Shown: positions 1-13,200 of the stretch, in pieces
How the letters are laid out: each line of letters opens with the position of its first letter
Position numbering within the stretch: position 1 is the stretch's first letter
Assembly: GCF_001194135.2 (NCBI RefSeq)
Contig: NC_069000.1
Span: 6,608,219-6,672,218, forward strand
DNA: 64,000 nt
DNA from: Octopus bimaculoides
Lineage: Eukaryota
Direction of reading: 5' to 3'
The notes under the pieces: generated by a model
The model's database searches: none
Told to the model about the DNA's origin: nothing
The model's input: the letters and a program-made list of their open reading frames with translations, nothing else
Translations under genes and position numbers: made by a program

Positions 1-316
1 GCAAGCTATGGACACATAAGAGGTGCAGCAATATCAAAGGAAGGTTAACTAGGAAGTTAGTTTTTGTATGTGACACATGTTCAGGAGCAATAAACACTGT
101 AAATGTGAAGAAAACAAGTTCTGCCACATTCCAGGGAGAAAAACTAGAGGTAGTTGATAGCTTCCGCTATCTAGGTGACCAAGTTAGTAGTGGGGGAGGG
201 TGCGTTGAAAGTGTAGCTGCTAGAATAAGAATAGCCTGGGCAAAGTTCAGAGAGCTCTTGCCTCTGCTGGTGACAAAGGGTCTCTCTCTCAGAGTAAAAG
301 GCAGATTGTATGACGC

Positions 317-357
<41 letters not shown>

Positions 358-640
358 TGTATATATGGCCTAACTGACTCCCATGCCGGCAGCATGTAAA
401 AAGCACCATCCAAACATGGCTGATGCTAGCACCACCTGGCTGGCTCTCATGCTAGTGGCACATAAAAAGCACCTACTACACTCTCGGAGTGGTTGGCGTT
501 AGGAAGGGCATCCAGCTGTAGGAACACTGCCAGATAAGATTGGAGCCTGGTGCACCCTCCTGGCTTGCCAGCCCTCAGTCAAACCGTCCAACCCATGCCA
601 GCATGGAAAACGGACGTTAAACGATGATGATGATGAAGAT
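1..640 (+). mobile_element. RTE-clade LINE fragment (PHD-like finger, post-RT region, 3' UTR tail)
   Basis: An open frame from 3 to about 322 reads KLWTHKRCSNIKGRL...FVCDTC...LEVVDSFRYLGDQVSSGGGC...RIRIAWAKFRELLPLL...KGRLYDACV. It is broken by (TA)n and followed by the family 3' tail ending in (GAT)n at about 620-640. Confidence 0.9.
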
Positions 641-1317
641 GACCAGCTTCTTTTAGTTCCTACCTACCAAATCCACTCACAAGGTTTTGGTCGGCCAGAG
701 GTTATAATGAAAGACGCTTACCCAAGGTGCCACACAGTGGGACTGAACCCAGAACCGTCTGGTTTGGAATTTTACTATCAATGAGAGCATCACTGAATAC
801 TAGGTGTTTGAATTCATCCGTATCACATTGGCACATTGACATACATGGTGTTGGACCTTCCTCACACAAATGTAAGGAAATTTAATGGTTAGTGTTGTTT
901 ACCGAAAGGCCAGTTCTGACCTAAACAGACTTCCTGACGTGACCAATCCATCTTTTGTTGGGGACACAGACATGCAGTGTATATATGATTACGTTATCCA
1001 TGTTAAGACTATAGGGTGTGATTAAATAAATGTTTGGCTGCTATTTCTAACAGATCAAACGACCACTCAGTGACTCATCATTATTTGTGGCTGTCAGTAA
1101 TGTTGTTGTTGTCGTTTCAAGCCAGTGTGAAATGTTAATATTTGTGAGTGAGAAGTAGTAACTGTCACCAATCGCCAAGAGAATGTCGGGTGAGTTCCAT
1201 AAGTAATTCAGGGCAAGTCACCCATTATATACCTGTGTGCGTGAGTGTGTGTGCGTGAGTGTGTGCGTGAGTGTGTGTGCGTGAGTGTGTGCATGCACCA
1301 AAATAGACAGATTGATG

Positions 1318-1349
<32 letters not shown>

Positions 1350-2007
1350 CCAGAGACAGATGTATAGATTTGTTGGTAGAAAGAGAGAGAGGCAGATGGA
1401 TGGAGAGATAGATAGAGATAGATAGATAGAGAGAGATAGAGAGAGAGAGATACATAGATTTACACCAATGCTGTGGTGGTGGTTGATTTTAAAACCGAGG
1501 TCAGTCTGGTGACACTGACTGACCTACTTGTCAAAATATCGCATAACTTTCTCTCCCCGTCTCACTCATATATATATNNNNNNNNNNNNNNNNNNNNNNN
1601 NNNNNNNNNNNNNNNNNNNNNNNNNNNNNNNNNNNNNNNNNNNNNNNNNNNNNNNNNNNNNNNNNNNNNNNNNNNNNNNNNNNNNNNNNNNNNNNNNNNN
1701 NNNNNNNNNNNNNNGTATAGGTCTATTTCTCTTTATCAATACGAGCTATTTTTAACCTAACACTACACAAAAGGTATTTCTATTTATAGATGTACAGATG
1801 TTAACACTTGCCATTGATTCGTCCGCCTGAAACAGTGGTGACAGCGGTTGTGTCATTGAACCACCTCCACCCGCCACTGCCATGGTGTCCTTGGACTCCA
1901 AGGATCTGGTTTCGTTTCTCTCTTGGCACCGTTTTTTTTGTGTTTTTCCCTTTTTGTTTATTATCATTAGTTGTTATTTTTTTTGATATCATGACAAACT
2001 TTAATCT

Positions 2008-2181
2008 ATACTCTTTTACTTGTTTCAGTCATTTGACTGTGGCCCTGCTGGAGCACCGCCTTTAAGTCGAGCAAATCGACTTATTCTTTGTAAGCCTGCC
2101 GAACCGCTAGCTGACGGGGACATAAACACACCAGCATCGGTTGTCAAGCAATGCTAAGGGGACAAACACAGACACAAGCAT

Positions 2182-2212
<31 letters not shown>

Positions 2213-2382
2213 CGTATATACGACGGGCTTCTTTCAGTTTCCGTCTACCAAATCCACTCACAAGGCTTTGGTCGGCCCGAAGTTATAGTAGAAGACACTT
2301 GCCCAAGGTGCCACGCAGTGGGACTGAACCCGGAACCATGTGGTTGGTAAGCAAGCTACTTACCACACAGCCACTCCTGCGC
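2008..2382 (-). mobile_element. tRNA-derived SINE, family A (CORE-like centre), full length
   Basis: The minus strand has a tRNA-like head (ggcgcaggagtggctgtgtggtaag...gggttcagtccc), a CORE-like gtggcaccttgggcaagtgtcttc, an internal (TG)n and a tail ending aaacaagtaaaagagta. Other copies lie at about 645-770, 15390-15530, 21130-21350, 21965-22320, 28060-28310, 30815-31300, 31630-32011, 35290-35450, 42370-42490, 46850-46985, 51255-51425, 53660-53980 and 61167-61525. Confidence 0.85.
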
Positions 2383-2479
2383 CCTGTTGTTTTGTTTTTT
2401 TATGCTTAGGTCAGTCTTAGTCACTGCCGTAAATTACCCAGACGTGTTTTATACACACACACACACACACACACAACTC

Positions 2480-2779
2480 GGAAAGACTTCCTTTTGTGGC
2501 TTACCCTATAATCTTTATTTTTAAATATTACACACGGTAGAAAATTGATTTCCTACCATGTCTTATAATAATAATAATGAGGAGAAAGTCATAAAAATTG
2601 AGAATTTCTATTAAAAAAAACTTCATTTCAAAATTATGTTTATTCAAGTCCCAGTTTGCCTAACGTTAAGGCTTAAATTGCCTAACTCCATGAAATTTGC
2701 CTAACCCCGAGACATGGATATACATAATACAGAAATGAAGTATTTTTAATAGAAATTCTTAATTTTTATGACTTTCTCA

Positions 2780-2823
<44 letters not shown>

Positions 2824-2913
2824 AGAAATGGTAGGAAATAAATTTTCCACCATGTGTAATATGTTTTAAAAATTTTATGGGGTGGGGGGTGGGTAAAACA
2901 GGAAGTCTTTTCC
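2480..2913. repeat. Long inverted repeat (MITE-like fold-back)
   Basis: Arms about 2480-2629 and 2732-2913 are reverse complements; the core segments differ by only a few mismatches, and the internal (TAA)n differs in length between arms. Confidence 0.8.
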
Positions 2914-3183
2914 ACAACACATACACACACATACATGGGCGCATACATCAATTGAGCCATGTTCAATATTGATTTATTACTTTCAGCCAGTGGGTTGTGG
3001 CCATGCTGGGGCATGGGGTGGGATGAGACTGGTGCCATTTGTTCCATAAATATTTTGTAGGTGTGATGATAGTTTTGGACAGACATAATGTTGGAATAAT
3101 TGCCTTGAATTCAATGACATTCTGGTAGATTTTTATCTCGAAAATATTTGTATATATATACATATTTTTAGAACTTTATAACA

Positions 3184-3218
<35 letters not shown>

Positions 3219-3747
3219 NNNNNNNNNNNNNNNNNNNNNNNNNNNNNNNNNNNNNNNNNNNNNNNNNNNNNNNNNNNNNNNNNNNNNNNNNNNNNNNNNN
3301 NNNNNNNNNNNNNNNNNNNNNNNNNNNNNNNNNNNNNNNNNNNNNNNNNNNNNNNNNNNNNNNNNNNNNNNNNNNNNNNNNNNNNNNNNNNNNNNNNNNN
3401 NNNNNNNNNNNNNNNNNNNNNNNNNNNNNNNNNNNNNNNNNNNNNNNNNNNNNNNNNNNNNNNNNNNNNNNNNNNNNNNNNNNNNNNNNNNNNNNNNNNN
3501 NNNNTAGGGAAGAAAAGGGGTGAGCAGTAAAGGTCAGTAACATACAGTTAATTAGTGTAGCCACATGTGTGATTGTAGATACATGTACATACACACACAC
3601 ACACACGCATGCACATGCACGCATAGATATGCACATACATACGGTCGCATATTTAATTATGATAAAAAGGGTGAGAGGGAAAGAAAGATTTAGACAGGAG
3701 TTAGTTTGAGAACAAGAGAAGTGGTGGAAGGAGAACGTGTGTATGCA

Positions 3748-3796
<49 letters not shown>

Positions 3797-4346
3797 AATA
3801 CACAGCCTGAAGTTTCAAATCAAAATTTTTACATAAATATGACGGCTATAATCACATATGGAGTATACCCTTCCTTGTTTATCAAAAACAACATTCACAT
3901 ACATACATCTGTACATATACACACACACACACATATACACACTCACACATACACACACACATGTGCACATATATATATACCTACCTATACATACATCATA
4001 CATACATCCATCCATACAGCCATACATCTATACATACATTCATGCATCCAAACATGCATACATACATAATTCATACATACATACATGCGTACATACATAC
4101 ATACATGCGTACATACATACATACATCTTGTATGGGTAATTAGGGTAAATATCAATAATAATCTACAAGAATGTCTTTCAATTCAAGACAATTATTCCAA
4201 CATTATGTCTTTCCAAAACTATCATCACACCTACAAAATATTTATGGAACAAATGGCACCACTCTCACCCTATGCCATTGCATGGCCACAACCGACTGGC
4301 TGAAAGTAATAAATCGATTTTTTATTTTCCATATGTTTTTTATTTT

Positions 4347-4387
<41 letters not shown>

Positions 4388-5149
4388 CCTATATAAATCA
4401 AAATAAGCAACAAGGATATTCAGAGGTAATGCAGTACGATCATTTCAAGCAACGCCATTTAATTGAACAATGCAATCATTAAATCAATTTAAATGCAGAG
4501 CAATCCTCAGCTGCATAAAGACATAGAATTTAATTAAATTAAAACAGATGGACACTTTAGTATAATTTTACCTAAAATCTCCAAGAAGGTAAGGAGATAG
4601 ACAAAGAACATGCTGTCTTCACTTCAGCTTAGAAGCTACATAGGAGACAATGGTTACTACTGAATAGAAAATAGTGTGGTAAAAAATTGTAATTGTAAGG
4701 ACATGAATGTATGTCCCCTGGGAAATGAATGCTTTTGTAAGAACATAATATCTAAATGTTCAGTTAGAACACTAGTAGATGCATTTGTATATATTGGTAC
4801 AACTGCTGATTGTTCCAGACATTGGTATTGAAACTACATTGTATCCTTTATAAACATTAACATGAAGCACTGCACATCACTCACACTAACCTGATCTAGA
4901 AACCTAAGGAAAGAAAAGTGCAATACAACATGGACAGTAATATAAAACATATCCATACAATAAATTTTCAAGATCTTGCAATCTCTATTCTAAAGAGGCG
5001 CTATGTGTTTTGATGTGTACAGATAAACTTGTGAATAGGCACTCCAAAAGAGTTACTAGATGCAACCACAAACTAACATAGTCATTTTCACAGTTTTGCA
5101 AAAAAGAAAAAACATTTATTTGAAACTCTATTGATGCAATCTGCTTATT

Positions 5150-5690
5150 TTACTTAATTTTTCTTTATTATATTGAATTTATTTATCTCTGTTTTTAAAT
5201 ATAGTTAAATGTATGTAAGAAATATATACGTGTGTTTATATATATATCAAACTATATACACTACCTTGAATGCTGGACCTAGCCTATACTAATATTAACA
5301 TATATAGTAAAAATAGTAAGAATGTATGTTAGGAGTATATATGGGTGCATGTATAAATAGATATACGTGGGCATATCCTATTTTGCTCATATTGTCTGAA
5401 TATTGAATTCTATTTTATTCAACTTTATCGTATTGTATTATCTGTTTCTGTTTTTTTTTTTAGATAGTTAAAATGTAAGAAGTGTACAGGTGTACATATA
5501 TAAATAGATACATGAATGTATTTTTTTTATTTTACTTTCTTTTATTTCTGTCTCTAAGTATAGTAGGTGTATAAGTAAGAAGTGTATGTGTGTACATATA
5601 TAAATAGATATATACATATACATTTCATTTTACTTTATTATACTTTTTCTTGACTATATAATAGTAAGAATGCATGTAAGAAGTATATAT
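5150..5690 (+). repeat. Degenerate AT-rich tandem repeat
   Basis: The motif gtaagaagtgta...gtgtacatatataaatagata recurs about five times at irregular 90-160 bp spacing. Confidence 0.6.
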
Positions 5691-5696
5691 ATATAT

Positions 5697-6016
5697 AGTG
5701 CCACACCCTAACAGTTGAGGGAACCCGTGGAAGAGGTAAGCCCAGGAAGACCTGGGCTGAGGTGGTGAGGCAAGACCTTCGAACATTGGGCCTCACCAAG
5801 GCGATGACTACTGACCGAGACCTTTGGAAATGTGCTGTGCGTGAGAAGACCCGGCAAGCCAAGTAAGATCGTTGCCAGTGCCCCTGGACTGGCTCTTGTG
5901 CGGGTGGCACATAAGATGCACCATTTTGAGCGTGGCCATTGCCAGTACCGCCTGACTGGCCTCCGTAGGATTTTCGAGCAAGATCGTTGCCAGTGCCCCT
6001 GGACTGGCTTGTGCGG
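5697..6016 (+). mobile_element. RTE LINE 3' end (ORF C-terminus plus repeated 3' UTR modules)
   Basis: CHTLTVEGTRGRGKPRKTWAEVVRQDLRTLGL...DRDLWKCAVREKTRQAK* followed by tandem hairpin modules up to the gap. Confidence 0.85.
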
Positions 6017-8064
6017 NNNNNNNNNNNNNNNNNNNNNNNNNNNNNNNNNNNNNNNNNNNNNNNNNNNNNNNNNNNNNNNNNNNNNNNNNNNNNNNNNNNN
6101 NNNNNNNNNNNNNNNNNNNNNNNNNNNNNNNNNNNNNNNNNNNNNNNNNNNNNNNNNNNNNNNNNNNNNNNNNNNNNNNNNNNNNNNNNNNNNNNNNNNN
6201 NNNNNNNNNNNNNNNNNNNNNNNNNNNNNNNNNNNNNNNNNNNNNNNNNNNNNNNNNNNNNNNNNNNNNNNNNNNNNNNNNNNNNNNNNNNNNNNNNNNN
6301 NNNNNNNNNNNNNNNNNNNNNNNNNNNNNNNNNNNNNNNNNNNNNNNNNNNNNNNNNNNNNNNNNNNNNNNNNNNNNNNNNNNNNNNNNNNNNNNNNNNN
6401 NNNNNNNNNNNNNNNNNNNNNNNNNNNNNNNNNNNNNNNNNNNNNNNNNNNNNNNNNNNNNNNNNNNNNNNNNNNNNNNNNNNNNNNNNNNNNNNNNNNN
6501 NNNNNNNNNNNNNNNNNNNNNNNNNNNNNNNNNNNNNNNNNNNNNNNNNNNNNNNNNNNNNNNNNNNNNNNNNNNNNNNNNNNNNNNNNNNNNNNNNNNN
6601 NNNNNNNNNNNNNNNNNNNNNNNNNNNNNNNNNNNNNNNNNNNNNNNNNNNNNNNNNNNNNNNNNNNNNNNNNNNNNNNNNNNNNNNNNNNNNNNNNNNN
6701 NNNNNNNNNNNNNNNNNNNNNNNNNNNNNNNNNNNNNNNNNNNNNNNNNNNNNNNNNNNNNNNNNNNNNNATATATATATATTTATAATATAGATTTAAT
6801 CAAAAGATTAAATGTGGTACTTAAAATGTTTGAGGCACCAGAATTTGGTAGGGTAAAAACCAAAAACAAAATCAAGAGATTTGGTGAATAAAATTTGAAG
6901 AAAAGCAACAAAAATTCATTAGGTTATAGCAGTACGTACGTTTCGTACAAACTTCATTTATTTATGTAGTGAGAACACCACATAAGATGTGTAATGAAAA
7001 TGTACTCCTCAGCTGCATAATGGAAGTTCATTTTAGAAAGTCATTTTGTAGATGTGTGCAAAAACAAAAGCAGGAGATGAAGAAAATACCATCTTGACTG
7101 GGCTGTTAATCAAAGCATAACAACATGGGTAGAGGCTGATATCTTAACATTTCTGATGGTCTTAAGTATAAAAAAAAATTAAGATTTATATAAAACTACA
7201 TTGAGAGTATGTCTATAAGCTATTGTGTTTAGATCTGGTTTCTATCCTCAAACTGTTCCATTTTGTAGATGCAATTTAAAAATTTTTTTTATAAAGAACT
7301 CTGAAATTAGAAAAATCAAAAATCTGCAACAATCTCGGTCCCATGAGAATCGGATAATGGCTTTTCAACAGTGTAAAGAAACTGATTGTGGTAATCGTAG
7401 TTTTGATGGTGATTGTGGTGAAAGCAGAGACAGTGTTGATGATGATGATGGTCGAGATAAGTATGGAAGGAGGATAAAATAGTATCGGTGGTTATAATGG
7501 TGACAGGAGTGGTGATGCTGAGGTGATGGTGGTAATAGTGGTGTTGATGATAGTGTTAGTTGTGTGATGGTGGTATTGTAGTGGCTATACTGGTTGTGGT
7601 GGTGAAAGCGACTGTCGAGGTAACCATCATAACATTGATGGCAGTGTATGTGGTTGAAGTGGAAGCAATGACAATGCTGCTGATGATGGTGGTTGTGGTG
7701 GTGGTGGTGGGGATAGTGGTATGATAGTTGTGGTGACTGTGATATGGTGGTAGTGGTGGTGGTCGTCGTCGTCGTTGTCATCGTAGTGCTGCTCCTACTG
7801 GGTAGTTGTAGTGATGGCGGTAGTACTAGTGGTGTGGTGACATGCTGCTGGTTGTGGNNNNNNNNNNNNNNNNNNNNNNNNNNNNNNNNNNNNNNNNNNN
7901 NNNNNNNNNNNNNNNNNNNNNNNNNNNNNNNNGGTGGGTAATGTTGCTGGTGCTGGTAGGTGGTTGTGGTGCAGATGCTATTGGTCTAGTGATGGTGCTG
8001 GTCAGTTGTATCACCAAAACTGGTTCCGTTGGTGACAGCCCATCCATTGTACAGCCATTCGATG

Positions 8065-8785
8065 TGCAATGTCAGTGTGCATACACGACAGAGTGTAAGC
8101 GCCCTGAGAGAAAAGTTGGGCATATGAAGCATCGTAAGTGGTGTGCAAGAGAGATGACTGAGCTGGTATGGTCATGTGTTACGTATGGATGAGGACAGCC
8201 ATGTAAGGGAGTGCCACACTCTAACTGTGGAAGGAAACTGTGGTAGAGGTAGACCCAGGAAGACATGGGATGAGGTGGTGGAGCATGACCTTTGAACGTT
8301 GGGTCTCACAGAGGCAATGACAGGAGACCGAGACCTTTGCAGATATGCTGTGATTGAGAAGACCCGGCAACTAAAGTGAGATCATAGTCATGGCCGATGC
8401 CAGTGTTGCATGTCTGGCTCATTGAAAAGTACTCTTGGTGCGTCAGGCGATATGATATGCTTGAGAAGACCTGTTGAGTCAAGTAAAACCAAAATCGTAG
8501 TTGTGGCCAGTGCTCTTTGACTGGCTCCCATGCCGGTAGCATGTAAAAAAGCACCATCTGAATGTGATCGATGCCAGTGCTCCCTGACTGGCTGCTGTGC
8601 TGGTGGCGCATAAAAAGCACCCACTACACTCTTGGAGTGGTTGGCGCTAGGAAGGGCATCCAGCTGTAGAAACATTGCCAGATCAGATTGGAGCCTGGTG
8701 CAGCCGCTGATTCCCAGACCTCAAACCGTCCAACCCATGCCAGCATGGAAAACGGACATTAAACGATGATGATGATGATGATGAC
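8065..8785 (+). mobile_element. RTE LINE 3' fragment with complete 3' UTR
   Basis: Degenerate NVSVH...LREKLG...WYGHVLRMDEDS...GRGRPRKTWDEVV..DL; the 3' UTR ends in (GAT)n. Confidence 0.88.
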
Positions 8786-10029
8786 GAAACAAGTGCAAAA
8801 TCTGTTAACATGGTGTTATTGTTGCTCGGACTGAGCTGACCAATCCGATCAATGGTCAAAGACATTTCCAGCCGTGACCACCCTGTCTCTTAAGGTGAGT
8901 CTATAGCATGTGATCTGATGTCTAGTTTTCTTATTTTAGAAAGTAAGGTGTGATATGAAAAAGATCTAGCTGCTATTTCTAGCAAGTCGTTAGCCCATCT
9001 GCGCGTTAATATTTTATGGATGTTGGTAAAACATTTAAATAAGAAACCAAGTGAAATTGATCTGGGTAAAAACAAACAGAACACAGACGGACAGACGGAG
9101 AGGCAGACAGACAGACATCAGCAAGCAGAGAGAGGCAGACCGGCAGACAGAGGCAGATAGGTACAGACGGACAGACAGACAGACAGATTGGCAGGCAGAC
9201 AGATATAGAGATAGACAGATTGACAGACAAGCAGACAGATAGGGAGGCAGATAGAGTGAGGAAACAAGGGAGAGAGGAAGAGAGAGAAGTGAGAGAGAGA
9301 TAGTAATAGAATGAAAGACTAAGAGAGAAGGTGAACAGAAGTGGGTGTAGAAAGAGAGAAATGAAGAGAGAGAGAGAGAGAGAGAAAGGGTAGGGGTATT
9401 GAAGGAGATATAAACAGAGGGAGAGAATCACGGAGACAGGAGAAAAGGAGAGAAAGAGTGGGGGAGTAAAGGTGAGAAAGAAGGTGAAGCAGAAAGAGAG
9501 AGAGGGAGAGAGATAAAAGGAGAAAAATAAAGAACCCTCCCCCATCCCACCCCCTGCGCATATAACTACAGGTTCGTCACATGTTTTTGAATCTACGCGA
9601 ATAGAATTAAAAATAGCAGCGAAATCTCCCGGTTTTTCTTTTTGGAAAAGGAAGGACACATTGGATACTGTCATCAATGATAATAATATGCTTGGTGAAA
9701 ACGATGAAGATGCGATAGTCTCAACGAGAACGTCCTTAATCATCGATAGATCTGTTGGATCTGCGCTGACCTGGGGTTCAAACGAAATAAATTCCATTCA
9801 ACAAGATATCTTCCAAGTGGATGGATACTTGTTTCACAAAAATTTAAAATGGTAGCCAAATCTCCCTCAGATGACACTATACATTAGATAATGTAGTCGT
9901 AAATATTACAATTTATTTATCTTAAAAAGGAATTTAACAAAAAGGAATGTCACGGTGAGAACGCCTTTGATTATAAGGTCTACTGGATCAGGTTTGACCA
10001 AGGGTTAAATAACAGCAACAGCTGGCTTA

Positions 10030-10065
10030 TGAGATACAAGCTTAGCTTTCTATCTATCTACCTAC

Positions 10066-10096
<31 letters not shown>

Positions 10097-12200
10097 CCTA
10101 CCAGCTGTCTGCCTATCTATATATTTCTACATCTATCTACTAGCTCTTCTCTCTATCATTCTATTCACCTGTCTGTGCATGCATGTATATGTATGTATCT
10201 ACCTAGCAATATCTATCTATCTATCTATCTATCTACGTGCGTAGCTGTCAACCTATCTATATATTTATACGTCTATCTACTCACTCTCTCTTTCTTTCTC
10301 TTTATCTTTCAATCCACCAACCTCTCTGTGCATGCATGCATGCATGTGTGTATCTATTTATCTATATATCTGTCAATGTGCATAGTTGTCTACCTATCTA
10401 TCTATCTATCTACCTATCTATCTATCTATCCTTCATTTCCGCGCAAAAAACAAACAAACAAATAAAACTAATCGAGATCGATAGAAAACAAGTACAGTAT
10501 CGAAACAGGTACATACTGAGAAGTTCCATACAATCGACTGACACCCCAGCATGGCCGCAGTCAAATGTCTCTGCAACCAGAGAGGTGTGTAAATCGGAAA
10601 AACAATCAAACAAAATTAAAATCTAAAGTAATTAAAAATAGAGAAGACGAGTCAGCTGGTTGGCAGCCGCCTGCCTCTTTCAATGCGTTAACAAACATAT
10701 CTGTTGCTCGACCACCAGAGCACCTGGGAAAAGAAAAACACCTAAAAATAGGGTTTCCAGTCGCATTCTGTAGCTATATATAGAAAAGATTCCCTATATT
10801 TAGTTGTAGACGACAGCTTTTACCCTCTCTATTTCTCTCTTTCCCCCGATCTATCTCTCTTTTGTTCGTTGCCTCTGAAACTCCCTGTCTTCACATATTA
10901 GTCTTTCTCTCTCTCACTCGCGCCGCACTCTTGACGCTTACTCACTACTGTGCTACTCTTAGTCTTTCTTTTTCTCTCTTACTATTACTCTCTTGCTCAT
11001 ACCCTGTTGTCTCTGAAACTTCCTATATCCATTATTACTCTCTCTCTCTCTCTCTCTCACTCACTCTTAATCATTCACACAATACTCACTCTTATTTTCT
11101 TCCCCCTCTCTGTACTACTAATATTTTCTCCCCCTCTACTTCCTCTATCCCTCTTGCTCATACCCTGTTGCCTCTGAAACTCCCTCTCTTCACATATTAA
11201 TCTCTCTCTCTCTCACTCGCGCCGCACTCTTGACTCTTACTCACTACTCTTATTCTTTCTTTTTCTCTCTCACCCTTTCTCTCTATTTCTCTCAATGTTT
11301 TCCTCTTGCTCACGCAGTTTCCTCTTACCACTCCCCTCTCTTCCTGTGTTGCATTCTCTCACTCCCTTACCCCCTTGTTTGTTTAGTTTATCTCTCTCTC
11401 TCTCTCTTAACTCCTTTATCAATCCATGTTCTCTCATGCTTTCTCCTCTCTCTACCCCCCTCCCTTCGTCGTATACTTTCACTCTATTACCGCCCTTACT
11501 TTCTCTTCCTCACATCATTTTCAGTCTCTTTCTCTCGTCTGTCTCACTATTTCTCCCTCTCACCCTCTCTCTATCTATTAACTTCATTGTCTATCTTCTC
11601 TTTTCCCCCCCACTACCTTTCTCTCGTCCCTCAGTCTCTCTCTCTCTCTCTATCTCACTCGTACACACCATCACATACATTCTCGTACTCACTCTCTCTT
11701 GCTCTTCAGTATATACCCTCTCTGTCACTTTCTCCTCTCTCTCGCAATTCAAACACATTCATTCTCTCTTTCTCTCCACCCCTCTATATTTATCTTTCAT
11801 TCTATCTATCTCTCTATATATATCATTAATCTCTCCTCACATCTCTAACTATCTATATATCTGTCTCTAAGTAGCCATCTCTCTGTCTCTCCTTCCTCCT
11901 CTCTTTCTCATATCCACAGTGCCACTCTTTTTCTCTCTCGTTTTCTATTGCTCTCCCTTCTCAATCTTTTCATCTCTATCCATCTGTATCTATGTATTTA
12001 TCTAAATAGCTCTCTCCCTCTCTCTTCCCTACTTTCTCCCTTCTCTTGCTTCATCTCTTTCTCTTTTCCCTTACTCCGTCTCTCTCCCTCTTTATTTTGC
12101 TCCATCTTTTTCCCCTCCCTCTCTTGTTCCACCACTCTCACTCTAGCTCATCTTTCTCTCTCTCTCTCTTTTGTTCCATATCTCTCTTTCTCTCTCTCCC
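10030..12200. repeat. Long pyrimidine-rich (CT/TATC) low-complexity tract with an internal duplication
   Basis: (TATC)n and (CT)n; gttgcctctgaaactccc...cactcgcgccgcactcttgac occurs at about 10868 and about 11167. A mirror purine-rich (GA/GACA) tract lies at 9060-9540. Confidence 0.85.
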
Positions 12201-13128
12201 GCCATAACTACACACATATTTAAATATTACACAAAGCTAGGTCGCTTACTCACTCAGCTTCGTCAGAAGAACTCGACGTATTTCATATGGCCACACTTCC
12301 TTTCAGTTTGGGGGACCGCTTTATTTTATTTTATTTTCACTTTGTTCTAGTTTTAATTAATTAATATATCCCCCCCCCCCTCACTTTAATTCTTTCACTT
12401 AAATACTTATCTTGTCGTTCACTTCACATCCACAAATATATTTTCATTTCTCTTGTCGCACTATTCCAGAATTTTTCAATTTGTGTGTGTGTGTGTATAC
12501 GCATGATGTATGTATGTATGTATAGACTGACAGACAAACAGATAGATAGATGGATGGATAGATCGTGACTTTTCAAAACGTATTTATCTGTGAATATATG
12601 CTACGTGTATGTATAGGTACGTATGTGTAGGTACGTGCATATGTGCGTGTGTATGGCCACCTATTTTTTTACCTTGGGTGTCTATAAAGCACACTGGATA
12701 AATTAAATGAGTAGTCACTGGCATTATACACACAATGCATAATGCTAAATTTAGCATCAGTTTGGGATATATATAGCACGCATAGTTTATATATATATAT
12801 ATTCATATATATTCATATATATATATATATATGCATACTGCTTTTCTATAGATGTATAAATTAGCATATATAAATAGATAAATATAATGAATGTATGTGT
12901 GTTCATATTTGCATATGAATTACAAATATCTACATACATTTATACTACCCCTCCCCATATGTGTATGAGTGTGAGCGCGCGCGTGTGTGTGTGTGTGTGT
13001 GTGTGTGTTTAGTGATGCAAAGAGAAAATAATTTTATACTAAAGCACACGAAACTATCGGACTTGTGTCACTCTTGCTTTTACTAAATGTTAATAATGAA
13101 AATAAAAGATATATATATACTTTACTTT

Positions 13129-13200
13129 GGTACTACCAAAGCAGCGCGGACGCGCGACTGCACGACTGCGCGTTCGGGTCCGCGCTGCTTTAGTAGTACC
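13129..13200. mobile_element. 72-bp MITE-like element with 23-bp TIRs and a 9-bp target-site duplication (Mutator-like)
   Basis: GGTACTACCAAAGCAGCGCGGAC (13129-13151) and its reverse complement with 1 mismatch (13178-13200), flanked on both sides by CTTTACTTT (13120-13128 and 13201-13209). Confidence 0.7.

Noticed and set aside
1836-1908. GC-richer exon-like stretch (SGDSGCVIEPPPPATAMVSLDSKDL)
   Set aside because: Weak donor, no recognisable homology and no partner exons found.
9006-12223. Leu/Ser-rich ORFs of 100-263 aa
   Set aside because: These are translations of CT/GA microsatellite tracts with no protein-like signal.
13129-13200. Pre-miRNA interpretation of the GC-rich hairpin
   Set aside because: There is no lower stem beyond the arms, and the flanks are direct repeats (a TSD), which favours a transposon.
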